A stretch of DNA of 64,000 nucleotides, taken from Candidatus Nanoarchaeia archaeon (GTDB taxonomy: Archaea; Nanobdellota; Nanobdellia; Woesearchaeales; UBA525). The position numbers and the translations under genes were made by a program. Below, in pieces: positions 48,283 through 57,502 of this stretch. The notes under the pieces are model-generated. The model did no database searches. It saw nothing but the letters and a program-made list of their open reading frames with translations, and had not been told where the DNA came from. How positions within the stretch are numbered: the first letter of the stretch is position 1; each line of letters opens with the position of its first letter. The stretch is taken from contig JANQNB010000018.1 in assembly GCA_028279755.1 (NCBI GenBank), forward strand, positions 134,611 to 198,610. Reading direction: 5' to 3'.

Positions 48283-49008
48283 ATGAAGTACGTACTCGTT
48301 GCATTGGCAAGTCTCCTGCTGCTCGCAGCATGCGGCGGCGACACTGGCGATGACCAATTGCCACCACCGCCGACAACCGACGCTGACGACGTCATCCGGG
48401 ACATCCAGGAGAAGAGCCAGGAGCAGACTGCGCTGGAAGAGTATCTGTCCAAAGGCAAGAACCGGGGATTCAGCGTGACGTACGACACGATGGACAGCTT
48501 TGCCGGCAAGAGCGGCGAGCTCGCCATGTATGTCAAAGGCGACAATGCGCGCACTGACGTCACCATGGAGGTCGAGGGTGACAGGATCGAAGCACGGCAG
48601 TACCAGCTGGCTGGAGAGCTCATCAGCTGCGACAAGCAAGAAACGTGGTCGTGCATGATCATGGACTTCGGCGACGACGCCGGCAACACGCCCTTGGACA
48701 TGCAGTCATCGTTCGAGGAACCGGATGTTGACGTCACCAAGAAAGCATCACGCACCATCGCAGGCGCAACAGCAGAATGCTTCCTCGTCGAGTTCGGCGA
48801 CGGCATGTTCGGCGACATGTCCACAGAGCAATGCTTCAGCGAGGAAGGCGTGCTTCTCTACAGCGAGATGATCATGCCGCAGGGCACGATCAAGTGGGAA
48901 GCCACTGAGTACTCGCTCAGCGTCTCTGACAGCGATTTCGAACCGCCAGCAGAGCCGCAGACCATGGAAGACTTCCTTGCTGGCATGATGGGCGACATGC
49001 CGACGTAA
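48283..49008 (+). CDS. Secreted lipoprotein, hypothetical.
   Basis: MKYVLVALASLLLLAACGG carries a lipobox (LAAC) and a Pro-rich linker. Confidence 0.6.
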   Translation: MKYVLVALASLLLLAACGGDTGDDQLPPPPTTDADDVIRDIQEKSQEQTALEEYLSKGKNRGFSVTYDTMDSFAGKSGELAMYVKGDNARTDVTMEVEGDRIEARQYQLAGELISCDKQETWSCMIMDFGDDAGNTPLDMQSSFEEPDVDVTKKASRTIAGATAECFLVEFGDGMFGDMSTEQCFSEEGVLLYSEMIMPQGTIKWEATEYSLSVSDSDFEPPAEPQTMEDFLAGMMGDMPT

Positions 49009-49054
49009 TCATTCCACAGTAAACAATTTAAACCTCTTCCTGATTTCTTTCTTT

Positions 49055-49852
49055 GTGAGAATCGGAATTAGGACTGGACACGATTCATATTTCTCTTCAG
49101 AGTTGCATGGATGGGAAAGTCATGCGTTCGGGGTTATTGATACTGACTTGCCCATGCTTGTTGAAGAATTATTGCTCTCATGCGGAGCAGCACTGAACCA
49201 CGATCGCACACCAGTAGCCTGGCTCGGCGCAGCAGGCCACGAAGATATTGGTTTAGTATTCAACATCGTGGACGTTAAACGGTACAAGACGAAGTTTGTC
49301 CATCATGGAACTGTCGCGCGCATTTCGTATGGCGCTGGCCGCGGCGGATATCATCCTCAGGAAAAAGGTCGCTGGGACATCGACAAGCTCGGACGGTTGC
49401 ATATCAGCGCGTATGGCTACCGGCGTGTGTTTCCGACAGACTGGGAAACGCTTGGCATTTCGGAGGATCAGAGCGTAGAGAATATCGTGCACGTGCCGCT
49501 TCGTTGGATTGATGGTCAGTTCGACACGTCCTTGACAGGAGACAAAAACTATGCCCATACGCCGACAAGGACGTGTTTCTTGCTCTCGGAAGCGACGAGG
49601 AAAAAGAATGATGAGTTCCCAGAATTCCCTCGCCGAGAAAACCGACTGCCACTTTCAGAAATTCGTCCTGGAGGCTTCGGCAAGCGTGATGCTGCGTATC
49701 CAACAATTGGCTATCAGCCAGCGCTCGAATTCCTTTCTCAGTTTGGCACTGTTTCTTCTGGGGATGCCATTCCGCGCATGGACATGAAACAAGGGGTTGA
49801 GTATTTTATCACCGAACTCCTGCCAGCAGTACATGCCTTCTCACGCAGCTGA
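49055..49852 (+). CDS. Hypothetical protein.
   Basis: 265-aa ORF in a lower-GC segment with no recognisable motif. Confidence 0.4.
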   Translation: MRIGIRTGHDSYFSSELHGWESHAFGVIDTDLPMLVEELLLSCGAALNHDRTPVAWLGAAGHEDIGLVFNIVDVKRYKTKFVHHGTVARISYGAGRGGYHPQEKGRWDIDKLGRLHISAYGYRRVFPTDWETLGISEDQSVENIVHVPLRWIDGQFDTSLTGDKNYAHTPTRTCFLLSEATRKKNDEFPEFPRRENRLPLSEIRPGGFGKRDAAYPTIGYQPALEFLSQFGTVSSGDAIPRMDMKQGVEYFITELLPAVHAFSRS

Positions 49853-49918
49853 TTTTTAGTATTGATTAGTAGTGATTATTCGGAATACTTATAAAGCCCC
49901 TCTTTTCCACACGTTCGC

Positions 49919-50980
49919 ATGGCACGACGACGAATGCGAGCAAAGGTAGCGCCACGCCGAAAAGGCATGACCCGGCGGCAGCTCTGGGGTTGGGGTGCAG
50001 GCGGAGCTGCAGCTGCACTGCTCTTTGCACTTGGACGCGACAAGCCGCCAAGTCAATCACGGCTGCCAACACCAATACTTGATGAGGAATGGCTCTTCCT
50101 GAACCATCCCCTGACCACAGCAGACCACATACCGGCGTCGCAGGTCGTGAAGGTCGGTGTTCCTTTGGGCACCAGCGAAATGGTCTATTCTCCTAACAAA
50201 TGGCGGGAGCACGTGACCTCGGCAGCACCGAAGATCGGACAAAAGCTGCTCTCAGAAGGGCTGGTTCCGAATGACTTTGAGCTCCGCCTCACCAGCCAAT
50301 CCTATGGCATGCCTGCGCCGCATCGCGTTGCCGCAAGCCTTGAACAATACTCTCAACAAGCCCTGGCATACCTTGAAGCAAGTGTCGAAGGACTCACGCA
50401 TGGGGATCTCGAGTTTGTCATCCTGAAACATGGTGATGACTTCACGCATGATCCAGATAGGAAGATCTTTCTCGGAGATCACTATTACGAAGTGTTTCGC
50501 GTTGCTGCGTTTGACAAGGCCACTGGTGAAATGAACTGTGAAGTTGCACGATCAACACGCGAATTTGGCAACGCGTGTGTCATCCGATTCAGTTCTCCTG
50601 ACAATACTATCTATGAACGCTTCGGCTTCCTGTATACTCAGCCCGGCGCTATCATCGGCATCCCCTCTGAGGTCATCCCACACACTACTTGTCAACGCAG
50701 TCTCGCATTCGGTGAAGAGCGCGGACGGGACAATTCGAGACTTGCTGAAGAATCGCTTGTCGAAGGCATGAGCCTCTGCCTGGGCTATCGCATGGGACGC
50801 GCATTCGACATCCCGGATTTTGAACAGCACCTGCAATCACAACGACATGCTTTTGCACAACATCGCATCTATCGCTATGTCGAGCAATCGCTCGCCTGGT
50901 TCCAGAAGAACAGCCTGCAGGCAGGCTTCGATCTCTACATGGACAACCCGGATAAATTCATGCAAGCGATCCTGAAGTGA
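49919..50980 (+). CDS. Hypothetical protein with a possible Tat-type signal.
   Basis: MTRRQLWGWGAGGAAAALLFALG has an RR followed by a hydrophobic stretch. Confidence 0.5.
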   Translation: MARRRMRAKVAPRRKGMTRRQLWGWGAGGAAAALLFALGRDKPPSQSRLPTPILDEEWLFLNHPLTTADHIPASQVVKVGVPLGTSEMVYSPNKWREHVTSAAPKIGQKLLSEGLVPNDFELRLTSQSYGMPAPHRVAASLEQYSQQALAYLEASVEGLTHGDLEFVILKHGDDFTHDPDRKIFLGDHYYEVFRVAAFDKATGEMNCEVARSTREFGNACVIRFSSPDNTIYERFGFLYTQPGAIIGIPSEVIPHTTCQRSLAFGEERGRDNSRLAEESLVEGMSLCLGYRMGRAFDIPDFEQHLQSQRHAFAQHRIYRYVEQSLAWFQKNSLQAGFDLYMDNPDKFMQAILK

Positions 50981-50981
50981 C

Positions 50982-51959
50982 TCAGTCATGCATTCGCATG
51001 AAATCATCGATCTCTTCTCTCGTCGGAATGACAGAACAGGTGCCTGGTCGCGAGATCGCGATCGCGGCTGCAGCGCTGGCAAAGCGCGCGGCTGTCAGCA
51101 AGGCTTTGAATGGTACTGTGTCGATGGTGCATCGATGCTGTTCGCAGTATTCGATGACTTTGTAGCCGAAGATGCCTCTGAACGTGTCGCCGACCCCGCC
51201 GCCATCCACAGCCTCGACTTCATACACTGGTAGGATGCGGTATCCTTTTCGATCTGAGACAAAGACGCCTTCCTTGCCGAGCGTGACTACGACAATCTTC
51301 ACGTGTTCCAAGAGCTGCTTGGCGCCTTTCACCAGATTCTTCTTGCTGTCTGGCTTAATGCCTGTCAAAGCCTCGACCTCAAAACGATCTGGCATGAGTA
51401 TGTCGGTGTTCGGCAGGACCTCGTTGAAGAGCATCCACCGTCCCTGGTCGTCATTCGGCACGACTGACGGGTCAAGCAGGGTTGGCACATCTTTCTCTTT
51501 CGCCAAGCGGAATGATTCTGCCAATGTCTCGATCGTGTTCTCGATCTGGCCGATGACCAGCGCTGCACCCTGAATAACTTTCTTCGCCTTCTGCACATCC
51601 TCGATCGTGAGCAGACGATTCGCGCCTGGCTCGATGCCGACCATGATCTCGCCGTTGCCATAGATGTATTCGAGTACGATGCCGGTGATGCCTGGCTTTT
51701 CGAAGACGAAGCGTGCGTCCACGTCCATCTCTTCCAGGCGTTGCATGACATAGCTGTTCCAGCGATCCTTGCCGACGCAACCGACAAGCAGCACTTCTCG
51801 TGCTGGCACGAATCGCTTGATCGCGCAGCAGGTGTCGCAGCCTTTGCCGCCGAGATCTTCGGAATACTCGCCGAAAAAGGTCTTCGGGCCTTTCATGTCC
51901 GGCGTGGTGAGCTTGAGATCAGGATTGATGCTGCCAGGACAGCAGACAATGGGCTTCAT
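50982..51959 (-). CDS. PfkB-family carbohydrate kinase (ribokinase-like).
   Basis: DGGGVGDTF matches the PfkB DTxGAGD signature 2. An N-terminal GG motif region is also present. Confidence 0.8.
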   Translation of the reverse strand: MKPIVCCPGSINPDLKLTTPDMKGPKTFFGEYSEDLGGKGCDTCCAIKRFVPAREVLLVGCVGKDRWNSYVMQRLEEMDVDARFVFEKPGITGIVLEYIYGNGEIMVGIEPGANRLLTIEDVQKAKKVIQGAALVIGQIENTIETLAESFRLAKEKDVPTLLDPSVVPNDDQGRWMLFNEVLPNTDILMPDRFEVEALTGIKPDSKKNLVKGAKQLLEHVKIVVVTLGKEGVFVSDRKGYRILPVYEVEAVDGGGVGDTFRGIFGYKVIEYCEQHRCTIDTVPFKALLTAARFASAAAAIAISRPGTCSVIPTREEIDDFMRMHD

Positions 51960-52795
51960 ACGCCTGACACCTCGCGCAATTGCTGATGCAATGCCTTGTT
52001 CGAGGCGACGATGTCGAAGCGGCTGCCGAAATAGGTCATGCCACTTCGGTGCCTGGCTGTCAGCACGCCACCAGCCTCTTCGAGGATGAGCTGGCTGGCA
52101 AGATAATCATGCGGTGACAAGCTCAGGAATGTGAGGCCGTCGATCCTTTCGTCTGCTGGAAGACTTTCTCCTGCAGCGATGTATGCGAGCACTGCTGCAG
52201 AACTGTACGGGCGAATCCTGCCTTTCATTGGCAAGCCAGCAAAACGCCGGAAATCAGGGCTTCTTTTCTCGTCATCCCATCCTTCCTCTTCAGCGATGAC
52301 TGCGTCGACAAGCGAGCTTGTTCCTGCAACACGGATCTCGCGATCGTTGAGTTGGGCGCCATTGTCTTTGACTGCTTTGAACAGCTGGTGTCGGTGCGGC
52401 AGCAGGGTGAAGCCGAAGATGGTCTCGTACTTATTGCCTTCTCGATACTGCACAGCAAGGGTGATCGAATAGAAGTCTGAGCCTTCATCGAAGATCTTTG
52501 AACCGTCGATTGCATCCTGTACAATAAGGTAAGGTTTGCCAGGATTCCACCAGCCTGCTTCTTCGCTGTAGAGTGAGATGTCTGGGAATGTGCCGGTAAT
52601 CTCTTTGCGCAGAAAAGCATCAATTGCCTTATCACCAGGCGTCACGATCCGCTGCGAGAGATTCGGGCCATCCTTTGCTTCTTGCCCTACTCCTTGTCCA
52701 TGATACTGGAACGCGAGTTGTCCAGCGTTGAGAATAACATCTATCAGGTGAGTGTATAAATCGTACTCAAATCGGCTTGACATATGATGAGGCAA
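51956..52795 (-). CDS. Inositol monophosphatase / FBPase-family (FIG) phosphatase.
   Basis: The LIVQDAIDGSKIF (DPIDGT-type) and WNPGKPYL motifs are present. A 4-nt overlap with the pfkB-like gene suggests an operon. Confidence 0.75.
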   Translation of the reverse strand: MPHHMSSRFEYDLYTHLIDVILNAGQLAFQYHGQGVGQEAKDGPNLSQRIVTPGDKAIDAFLRKEITGTFPDISLYSEEAGWWNPGKPYLIVQDAIDGSKIFDEGSDFYSITLAVQYREGNKYETIFGFTLLPHRHQLFKAVKDNGAQLNDREIRVAGTSSLVDAVIAEEEGWDDEKRSPDFRRFAGLPMKGRIRPYSSAAVLAYIAAGESLPADERIDGLTFLSLSPHDYLASQLILEEAGGVLTARHRSGMTYFGSRFDIVASNKALHQQLREVSGV

Positions 52796-52832
52796 TACAT
52801 AATACTATATAAGAATTATCACTGAGGAGTGC

Positions 52833-53078
52833 TCATTCCTCGATGTCTTCGAGCATTGAACTGATGCTCCAGAGCTGTGTCCTGACGTAGCTCGGAATGT
52901 TGACATCGCTTTGCAGCTCGTCGAGCTGGCTCAGGAGCTTGTCAGCCTTCAGGCGCGCTTCTCCCGGCTCAGCAATCGCAGTCAGCATGCCCTGCACTTT
53001 CTCACGTACGTTCTTCGGCGTGCCCTGCTCTTCAAGTAACATCTTCAGTCCCTGCGCAACGTTGTCAAAGCTTGTCAT
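52833..53078 (-). CDS. Small conserved archaeal protein (UPF0147-like).
   Basis: 81-aa helical protein located in the conserved pfdB–pcc1–rpoP–rpl37ae cluster. Confidence 0.5.
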   Translation of the reverse strand: MTSFDNVAQGLKMLLEEQGTPKNVREKVQGMLTAIAEPGEARLKADKLLSQLDELQSDVNIPSYVRTQLWSISSMLEDIEE

Positions 53079-53081
53079 TTC

Positions 53082-53411
53082 TCACTCCCCCTTTTCCATC
53101 TCCTTCATGATCTCCTTCTGCAGTTTCTCAGCCTTCTCCTTGAGCTGCTTCTCCTGCTTCTCCAAGGCCCCGATCCGGAGCTTCACGCGCTCCATGCGCT
53201 CGGCAAGATCCTTCTTGAGCACATCGCTCGGCTGCTCGACCATGATGTTGCCGATGATCTTATAACCCTGCTTGGCAGTGCTCATCGCCTCGGTCGCGCT
53301 CTCGATCTCCATCAATTGCGCCTGCGCCTGCTGCTTCTGCGCCAGATAATTGTGCAGGTTCTCCTCGATCAGCTGGAGCTTCTGGACCTTTTCATGCGTG
53401 TCTTTCTCCAT
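53082..53411 (-). CDS. pfdB: Prefoldin beta subunit.
   Basis: 109-aa coiled coil whose sequence (QKLQLIEENLHNYLAQKQQAQAQLMEIESATEAM) is typical of GimC beta. Confidence 0.8.
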   Translation of the reverse strand: MEKDTHEKVQKLQLIEENLHNYLAQKQQAQAQLMEIESATEAMSTAKQGYKIIGNIMVEQPSDVLKKDLAERMERVKLRIGALEKQEKQLKEKAEKLQKEIMKEMEKGE

Positions 53412-53412
53412 C

Positions 53413-53628
53413 TCAGATCCCTTTCGCTTTCTCGTACATGGTGATGACGCGGCACAAGGAACTGACGGCCGTCTTCAACGCGACCGCGTCTTCAGCTTCG
53501 ATATCGATGTGCAGCGTCTTCCCTTTGTTGTGAATGTCATACCGGGCGCGTGGGTGCTTGAACTGCTCGGTCTCGAGGAGGTGGAAGAGCGCTTGTTCAG
53601 CCGGCAGGCTGATGCTCGTCTTGATCAT
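53413..53628 (-). CDS. pcc1: KEOPS complex subunit Pcc1.
   Basis: MIKTSISLPAEQALFHLLETEQF...GKTLHIDIEAEDAVALKTAVSSLCRVITMYEKA matches the Pcc1 pattern (..L.IEA.D.VALRAA.NS.LR..). The ATG overlaps the rpoP stop (ATGA). Confidence 0.65.
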   Translation of the reverse strand: MIKTSISLPAEQALFHLLETEQFKHPRARYDIHNKGKTLHIDIEAEDAVALKTAVSSLCRVITMYEKAKGI

Positions 53629-53759
53629 CGCGCGTGCACATGCGTGGTGACTGTGCGCTCCTTGAAGATGATCTTGCTGCCGCAATAGATACAGCGCACC
53701 TTCTTCTTGATGTGCTCCTCCTTGATCCCCTTGCCGCAATAGAAGCACTTGTATGCCAT
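53625..53759 (-). CDS. rpoP: DNA-directed RNA polymerase subunit P (Rpo12/RPC10).
   Basis: 44 aa: MAYKCFYCGKGIKEEHIKKKVRCIYCGSKIIFKERTVTTHVHAR, a CxxC..CxxC zinc ribbon. It is too short for the ORF track. Confidence 0.85.
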   Translation of the reverse strand: MAYKCFYCGKGIKEEHIKKKVRCIYCGSKIIFKERTVTTHVHAR

Positions 53760-53760
53760 C

Positions 53761-54012
53761 TTACACCTCAAGGCTCTGCTCAGTCTTGACCGCGCCTGGC
53801 TTGGTCACGTTATAGGCTCTGCTGGTGAATGTGCTCTTGCACTTGCCGCAATGCCAGATGCCGGCAGATTTCCTGGACACTTTCGGATAGCGACAGTATG
53901 GACAGGTATGGGCTTTCTTCTGCTGGGCTTCGATATGGCCGAGCTTTTTCTTCGTGGTACGGCCGTAGCGGACGCCGTAGCGTTTGATGCCCTTCTCGTG
54001 CTTTTCTGCCAT
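53761..54012 (-). CDS. rpl37ae: Ribosomal protein L37ae (eL43).
   Basis: MAEKHEKGIKRYGVRYGRTTKKKLGHIEAQQKKAHTCPYCRYPKVSRKSAGIWHCGKCKSTFTS. Confidence 0.93.
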   Translation of the reverse strand: MAEKHEKGIKRYGVRYGRTTKKKLGHIEAQQKKAHTCPYCRYPKVSRKSAGIWHCGKCKSTFTSRAYNVTKPGAVKTEQSLEV

Positions 54013-54107
54013 GACCGCGCACGAATCGAGAACTGTTTATAAAGCTTGCCGTTAGGAAACAAGCAAGTATATAAGGAGAAAACGCCGTCCAATGCACAGC
54101 GATCACA

Positions 54108-54746
54108 GTGCAGCAAACATCCGCATACTACCAAGCGGTCGAACGCCACGGTGTGACCAGGTTTCTGGAAGTCAATCCCTTGCTGCGCGACGGCGCCTTC
54201 TTCTACCTCTGCACGCTCAGATACTTATTCCATCAAAAAGCGCCAGAGCACGCTTGGCACAGCAGCCGTGTCGGACAGCAAGTCGGCCTGATTCTTGATC
54301 CCTCTGCAGCCTTTGCTGCTGACCTGCACGACATCGGGAAACTCGGTATCGATGAAGCCATTCTGAACAGCAAGCAACGCCTCACTCCAGTACAATTTGT
54401 CGAGATGCAGCGCCACAATGAATACACCAGGGAGCTGCTCCGACGCGTGGAGCCACACGGATTCCCTTTGCTGAGCACCATGGCGGCGAGCGCGCACGAC
54501 TATCGCCGCCGCCGACGCATGCCGATCACGTTCCCAGACCGGCGACGCAATGATCCCTATCTTGCCATTGTCGCGCAAGTGCTGCAGGCCTGCGACGCTT
54601 TTGATGTCTTCATCCATGGCCGGCCGTACCAGCCGCCAATCGAGTTCGAGGAAGCGCTCGACAAGCTGCGGCAACTACGTATCGAGCAAGGCCTGGTCGA
54701 GGAGATCCGGGATTCCCACCGCTTCCGGACGCGAAGTGTGGCTTAA
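54108..54746 (+). CDS. HD-domain phosphohydrolase.
   Basis: ADLHDIGKLGI (HD motif) and the surrounding His/Asp residues are present. Confidence 0.6.
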   Translation: MQQTSAYYQAVERHGVTRFLEVNPLLRDGAFFYLCTLRYLFHQKAPEHAWHSSRVGQQVGLILDPSAAFAADLHDIGKLGIDEAILNSKQRLTPVQFVEMQRHNEYTRELLRRVEPHGFPLLSTMAASAHDYRRRRRMPITFPDRRRNDPYLAIVAQVLQACDAFDVFIHGRPYQPPIEFEEALDKLRQLRIEQGLVEEIRDSHRFRTRSVA

Positions 54747-54789
54747 GGACAATATTCTTAAATCATTCCACATTACACATTTTTAGGGG

Positions 54790-55344
54790 GTGGTGTTTGT
54801 GAACAAAACACTCATGTTAATAGTTCTGATAGCAGTAGGTGCCATGCTGGCAATGCCGGTGCATGGCGCAGCCTTTGCCAAGTACGACGGCATCGATGGC
54901 GAATCGAAAGACGCAGACCACGACAAGTGGATCGACGTGCTCAGCATCGACTGGGGCGTCCACAAGCCTGGCGGTGGCATGACCGGCCAGTCACGAAGGC
55001 GTGGCGCGGCTGTTGTTGAGGATCTTGTCCTGACGACAGAGTTTGAGAAATCGAGTCCGAAACTGCAGGAGAAATGCCTGAAAGGAGAAGTGATCCCGAA
55101 GCTGGAGATCGAGCTGACCTCAACCTATGGCGGCGCGCGCGCGACCTATCTCCGCTACGAGCTGAAGAACGTGATGATCACGAGCTATAAGATGACTGCG
55201 TCTGGCAACGACGAAGCAGGGCCGCCGACCGAGGAATACGGCGTCAACTTCGAAGAGATCAAGGTGACGTACACCGAATACGACGGATCCGGCTCGAGCC
55301 TGGGCAATGTCGAGATGGAGTACAAGGTCGAAGAGGGCGAGTAG
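54790..55344 (+). CDS. Hcp-family (type VI secretion tube protein-like) protein with an N-terminal signal peptide.
   Basis: After the signal sequence MVFVNKTLMLIVLIAVGAMLAMPVHGAAFA comes YDGIDGESKDADHDKWIDVLSIDWGV....FEKSSPKLQEKCLKGEV...YLRYELKNVMITSY...SGNDEAGPPTEEYGVNFEEIKVTY. This aligns with Hcp1 (GESKDK.H...IDVLS..WG; DKS.P.L...C; L.IT.K.V.ISS; E.V.LNF..V.V.Y). Confidence 0.75.
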   Translation: MVFVNKTLMLIVLIAVGAMLAMPVHGAAFAKYDGIDGESKDADHDKWIDVLSIDWGVHKPGGGMTGQSRRRGAAVVEDLVLTTEFEKSSPKLQEKCLKGEVIPKLEIELTSTYGGARATYLRYELKNVMITSYKMTASGNDEAGPPTEEYGVNFEEIKVTYTEYDGSGSSLGNVEMEYKVEEGE

Positions 55345-56193
55345 ATGCGTCTCGCTGTTGCCATTTTGATGTGCTTACTCATCATCCCCGTAGCAGCAGC
55401 GATGCCATACGTCCCTGACTATTCGATCTTCTATGAGAAGTCGGCTGGATCACCTTTGCTTACAGAAGGTGATTATTACAACCTTTTCGTTCTGTCTATA
55501 CATCTGCCTGATGGCGGCACAGGGCCAACACGGCGCCGAGGCGCTCCAGTGACTGGCGCTGAAGTGACGCGCGAGTTCGACAAGGCAAGCCCGAAACTGC
55601 AAGAAGCTATCCTGAAAGGCGACACCTTCGCAGCAGTCAGGCTCACCATGCCAGGCAGCAGCGATATGATCCTGCACAACGTGACCTTCACGAATTACTC
55701 GTTCCACGCATCTGGCAACGACGAGGCAGGACCGCCGACAGAGACTATCACCTTGGATTTCGAGGAGATAACCTGGGGTGAGAACGTCACCAATACGACC
55801 AACACCACGAACCTGACCGCGCCTTTCACTGTGACGATCGAGCCAGACTACGCGAAGATCAAGAAAGGCGAGAACGTGAAGTACCTTGTTGTGATCGACG
55901 CTGACGAAGGATTCAACGAGCTCGTGCAGCTCGAAATGGACCTTGACATCCCACTCGGCGACCAACACTATATTATCGACACCTACGGGCCGGACTATCC
56001 GGTGCGACTGAACTACACGCTGATCGTGCCCTCGAACCTGCCGTTCGGCTTTGTCGCGCACGGCACGATCATCGGCATCAGCGAACCCTATCAAGCGACA
56101 GACGACTTCATCGTCGTGGTCGAAGGTCCGGCCATGGGCGTGGGCAAGTTCCTGAACGGGATTGACAGATTCTTTGAAGGATTGTTTGGTTGA
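55345..56193 (+). CDS. Second Hcp-family domain protein with a signal peptide and a ~130-aa Asn/Thr-rich C-terminal extension.
   Basis: After MRLAVAILMCLLIIPVAAA comes TRRRGAPVTGAEVTREFDKASPKLQEAILKGDTFAAVRLTM...HNVTFTNYSFHASGNDEAGPPTETITLDFEEITW. The extension carries NVTNTTNTTNLT sequons. It starts directly after the stop of the first Hcp-like gene. Confidence 0.7.
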   Translation: MRLAVAILMCLLIIPVAAAMPYVPDYSIFYEKSAGSPLLTEGDYYNLFVLSIHLPDGGTGPTRRRGAPVTGAEVTREFDKASPKLQEAILKGDTFAAVRLTMPGSSDMILHNVTFTNYSFHASGNDEAGPPTETITLDFEEITWGENVTNTTNTTNLTAPFTVTIEPDYAKIKKGENVKYLVVIDADEGFNELVQLEMDLDIPLGDQHYIIDTYGPDYPVRLNYTLIVPSNLPFGFVAHGTIIGISEPYQATDDFIVVVEGPAMGVGKFLNGIDRFFEGLFG

Positions 56194-56198
56194 TAAGA

Positions 56199-56600
56199 AT
56201 GTACACTGCTTCTGAACGGCGACGCCTGTACTTTGACGAGGCGACGAATCGCCGATTGCTGCTGCAGCTTGGACTCGAGCAGCTCACCACACCTGACGGC
56301 GCAAGCGACTCCCCGCTCATCGGCGTGCTCGAATGGTCATTCGCACCGCATTACAACCACCTCGAGAAGCCGCCCAACATCGTCGTTCTCGGTCCACCGG
56401 TCAGAATGAGCCTTCAGCAACCAAAAGTCCGCCTGCAGCACGACGGGGCTCGCTGGTACTACCATTTGCCACCGTTTGGTTTGCCGCTCTACGTTCGCCG
56501 CGGGAAACCAAGGCCTCAACCCTATTTCCTTCGCGCCATCAATCTCTTTCTCGCTTCAGAAGCACAGCGACAGAGGTATTTTCCTGAAACTCAGACGTAA
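56199..56600 (+). CDS. Hypothetical protein immediately downstream of, and overlapping, the Hcp-like pair.
   Basis: ORF 56190..56600 has a TTG start overlapping the upstream stop. The ATG at 56199 is chosen instead. Confidence 0.4.
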   Translation: MYTASERRRLYFDEATNRRLLLQLGLEQLTTPDGASDSPLIGVLEWSFAPHYNHLEKPPNIVVLGPPVRMSLQQPKVRLQHDGARWYYHLPPFGLPLYVRRGKPRPQPYFLRAINLFLASEAQRQRYFPETQT

Positions 56601-56669
56601 TGGGGCTACGAGGATAACTCGAGCGGAGCTCTCGTAACCTCTCATCCCCAGTTCTCACTATGTTCGAAC
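56601..56669 (-). repeat. tRNA-Pro 3' trailer element ending in a 14-nt direct copy of the tRNA 3' end.
   Basis: Plus-strand TGGGGCTACGAGGA at 56601..56614 repeats 56670..56683. In tRNA sense the trailer is GTTCGAAC...GAGAGCTCCGCTCGAGTTAT + CCTCGTAGCCCCA. Confidence 0.6.
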
Positions 56670-56787
56670 TGGGGCTACGAGGATTTGAACCCCGGTTGCC
56701 AGGTGTTTTGATCTCGGATCAAAACCCGCGAGGACTTTGTCCGAGCATGCCCAAACCTGGAGTGATACCAAGCTACACTATAGCCCC
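56670..56787 (-). tRNA. tRNA-Pro (anticodon UGG) with a ~45-nt intron at 37/38.
   Basis: In tRNA sense the acceptor is GGGGCTA/TAGCCCC plus A. The anticodon stem is CCAGG/CCTGG with loop UU-UGG-G then an intron. The T arm is CGGGG-TTCAAAT-CCTCG. Confidence 0.7.
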
Positions 56788-56797
56788 GGTGAATCTG

Positions 56798-56881
56798 TTT
56801 AAGGGGCTTGACTGAGCGTCAGCGAAGGAAACCCCTGCTTCCCAGGGTAGCGACGCTGATACCGAGCTACACTATAGCCCC
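56798..56881 (-). ncRNA. tRNA-Pro 5' leader element: a promoter-proximal tRNA-like RNA that begins with a 17-nt copy of the tRNA-Pro 5' end.
   Basis: In tRNA sense it reads GGGGCTATAGTGTAGCT (= tRNA-Pro nt 1–17) CGGTATCAGCGTCGCTACCCTGGGAAGCAGGGGTTTCCTTCGCTGACGCTCAGTCAAGCCCCTTAAA. Its 5' GGGGCT and 3' AGCCCC can pair like an acceptor stem. A TATA CTATATATAGG lies about 33 nt upstream. The 31-nt core is identical to that of 18451..18528. Confidence 0.6.
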
Positions 56882-56929
56882 TGTATAAGCTCTAGCACTT
56901 CAGGCTCGCCCAGCCCTATATATAGATTT

Positions 56930-57322
56930 CTACGAGAATGCTTGTTGCAGCAAGTCACCAAGCTGTTCGCGATTACGGACAGCATCTATGTATCGATCAT
57001 CTGGCTGGACTGTCTGTGGTGTCAAAGGGCCGCCTATCATTATCGTCTCGACCATAACAATGGGCTTGCCTTCTCTCCGCAACGTCTTGTAAAGTATTCC
57101 ATATCTATCCTGAACCAGATTTGAGGTGACAAGAACCACTCCCCGAGCCCCCCGAGCATACGAAGAGACTGCAGTGAAATCGCCGCAATGTTTATCCAGC
57201 TCAAAGCTCTCAACTGCGTGTCCAGCCGAGACAAGATGATTCCTTACCCTGCCCAGCATTTTATAGCTCGGGTCGTTCGTGTACATATCTGTCGCGCAAA
57301 GAATGTGTCCTGCATCAGCCAT
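56930..57322 (-). CDS. Hypothetical Rossmann-like protein.
   Basis: 130 aa with no firm family assignment. Confidence 0.4.
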   Translation of the reverse strand: MADAGHILCATDMYTNDPSYKMLGRVRNHLVSAGHAVESFELDKHCGDFTAVSSYARGARGVVLVTSNLVQDRYGILYKTLRREGKPIVMVETIMIGGPLTPQTVQPDDRYIDAVRNREQLGDLLQQAFS

Positions 57323-57502
57323 TACTCATCCCCCCGTGGCAACGGGGGGTGTCGCATGAATTCTTAAGCGTTTCGACAGGAAGCTTTTTAAACGAATCAG
57401 GGTTCGCAAAGCGTACCATTTTACCTGGCAGCCAGAGCTGCGGTCCGCGTATCTAAGCCAAGGGGGCTGGACGACCCCGTCATGTTCATAGGTGATACTC
57501 AC

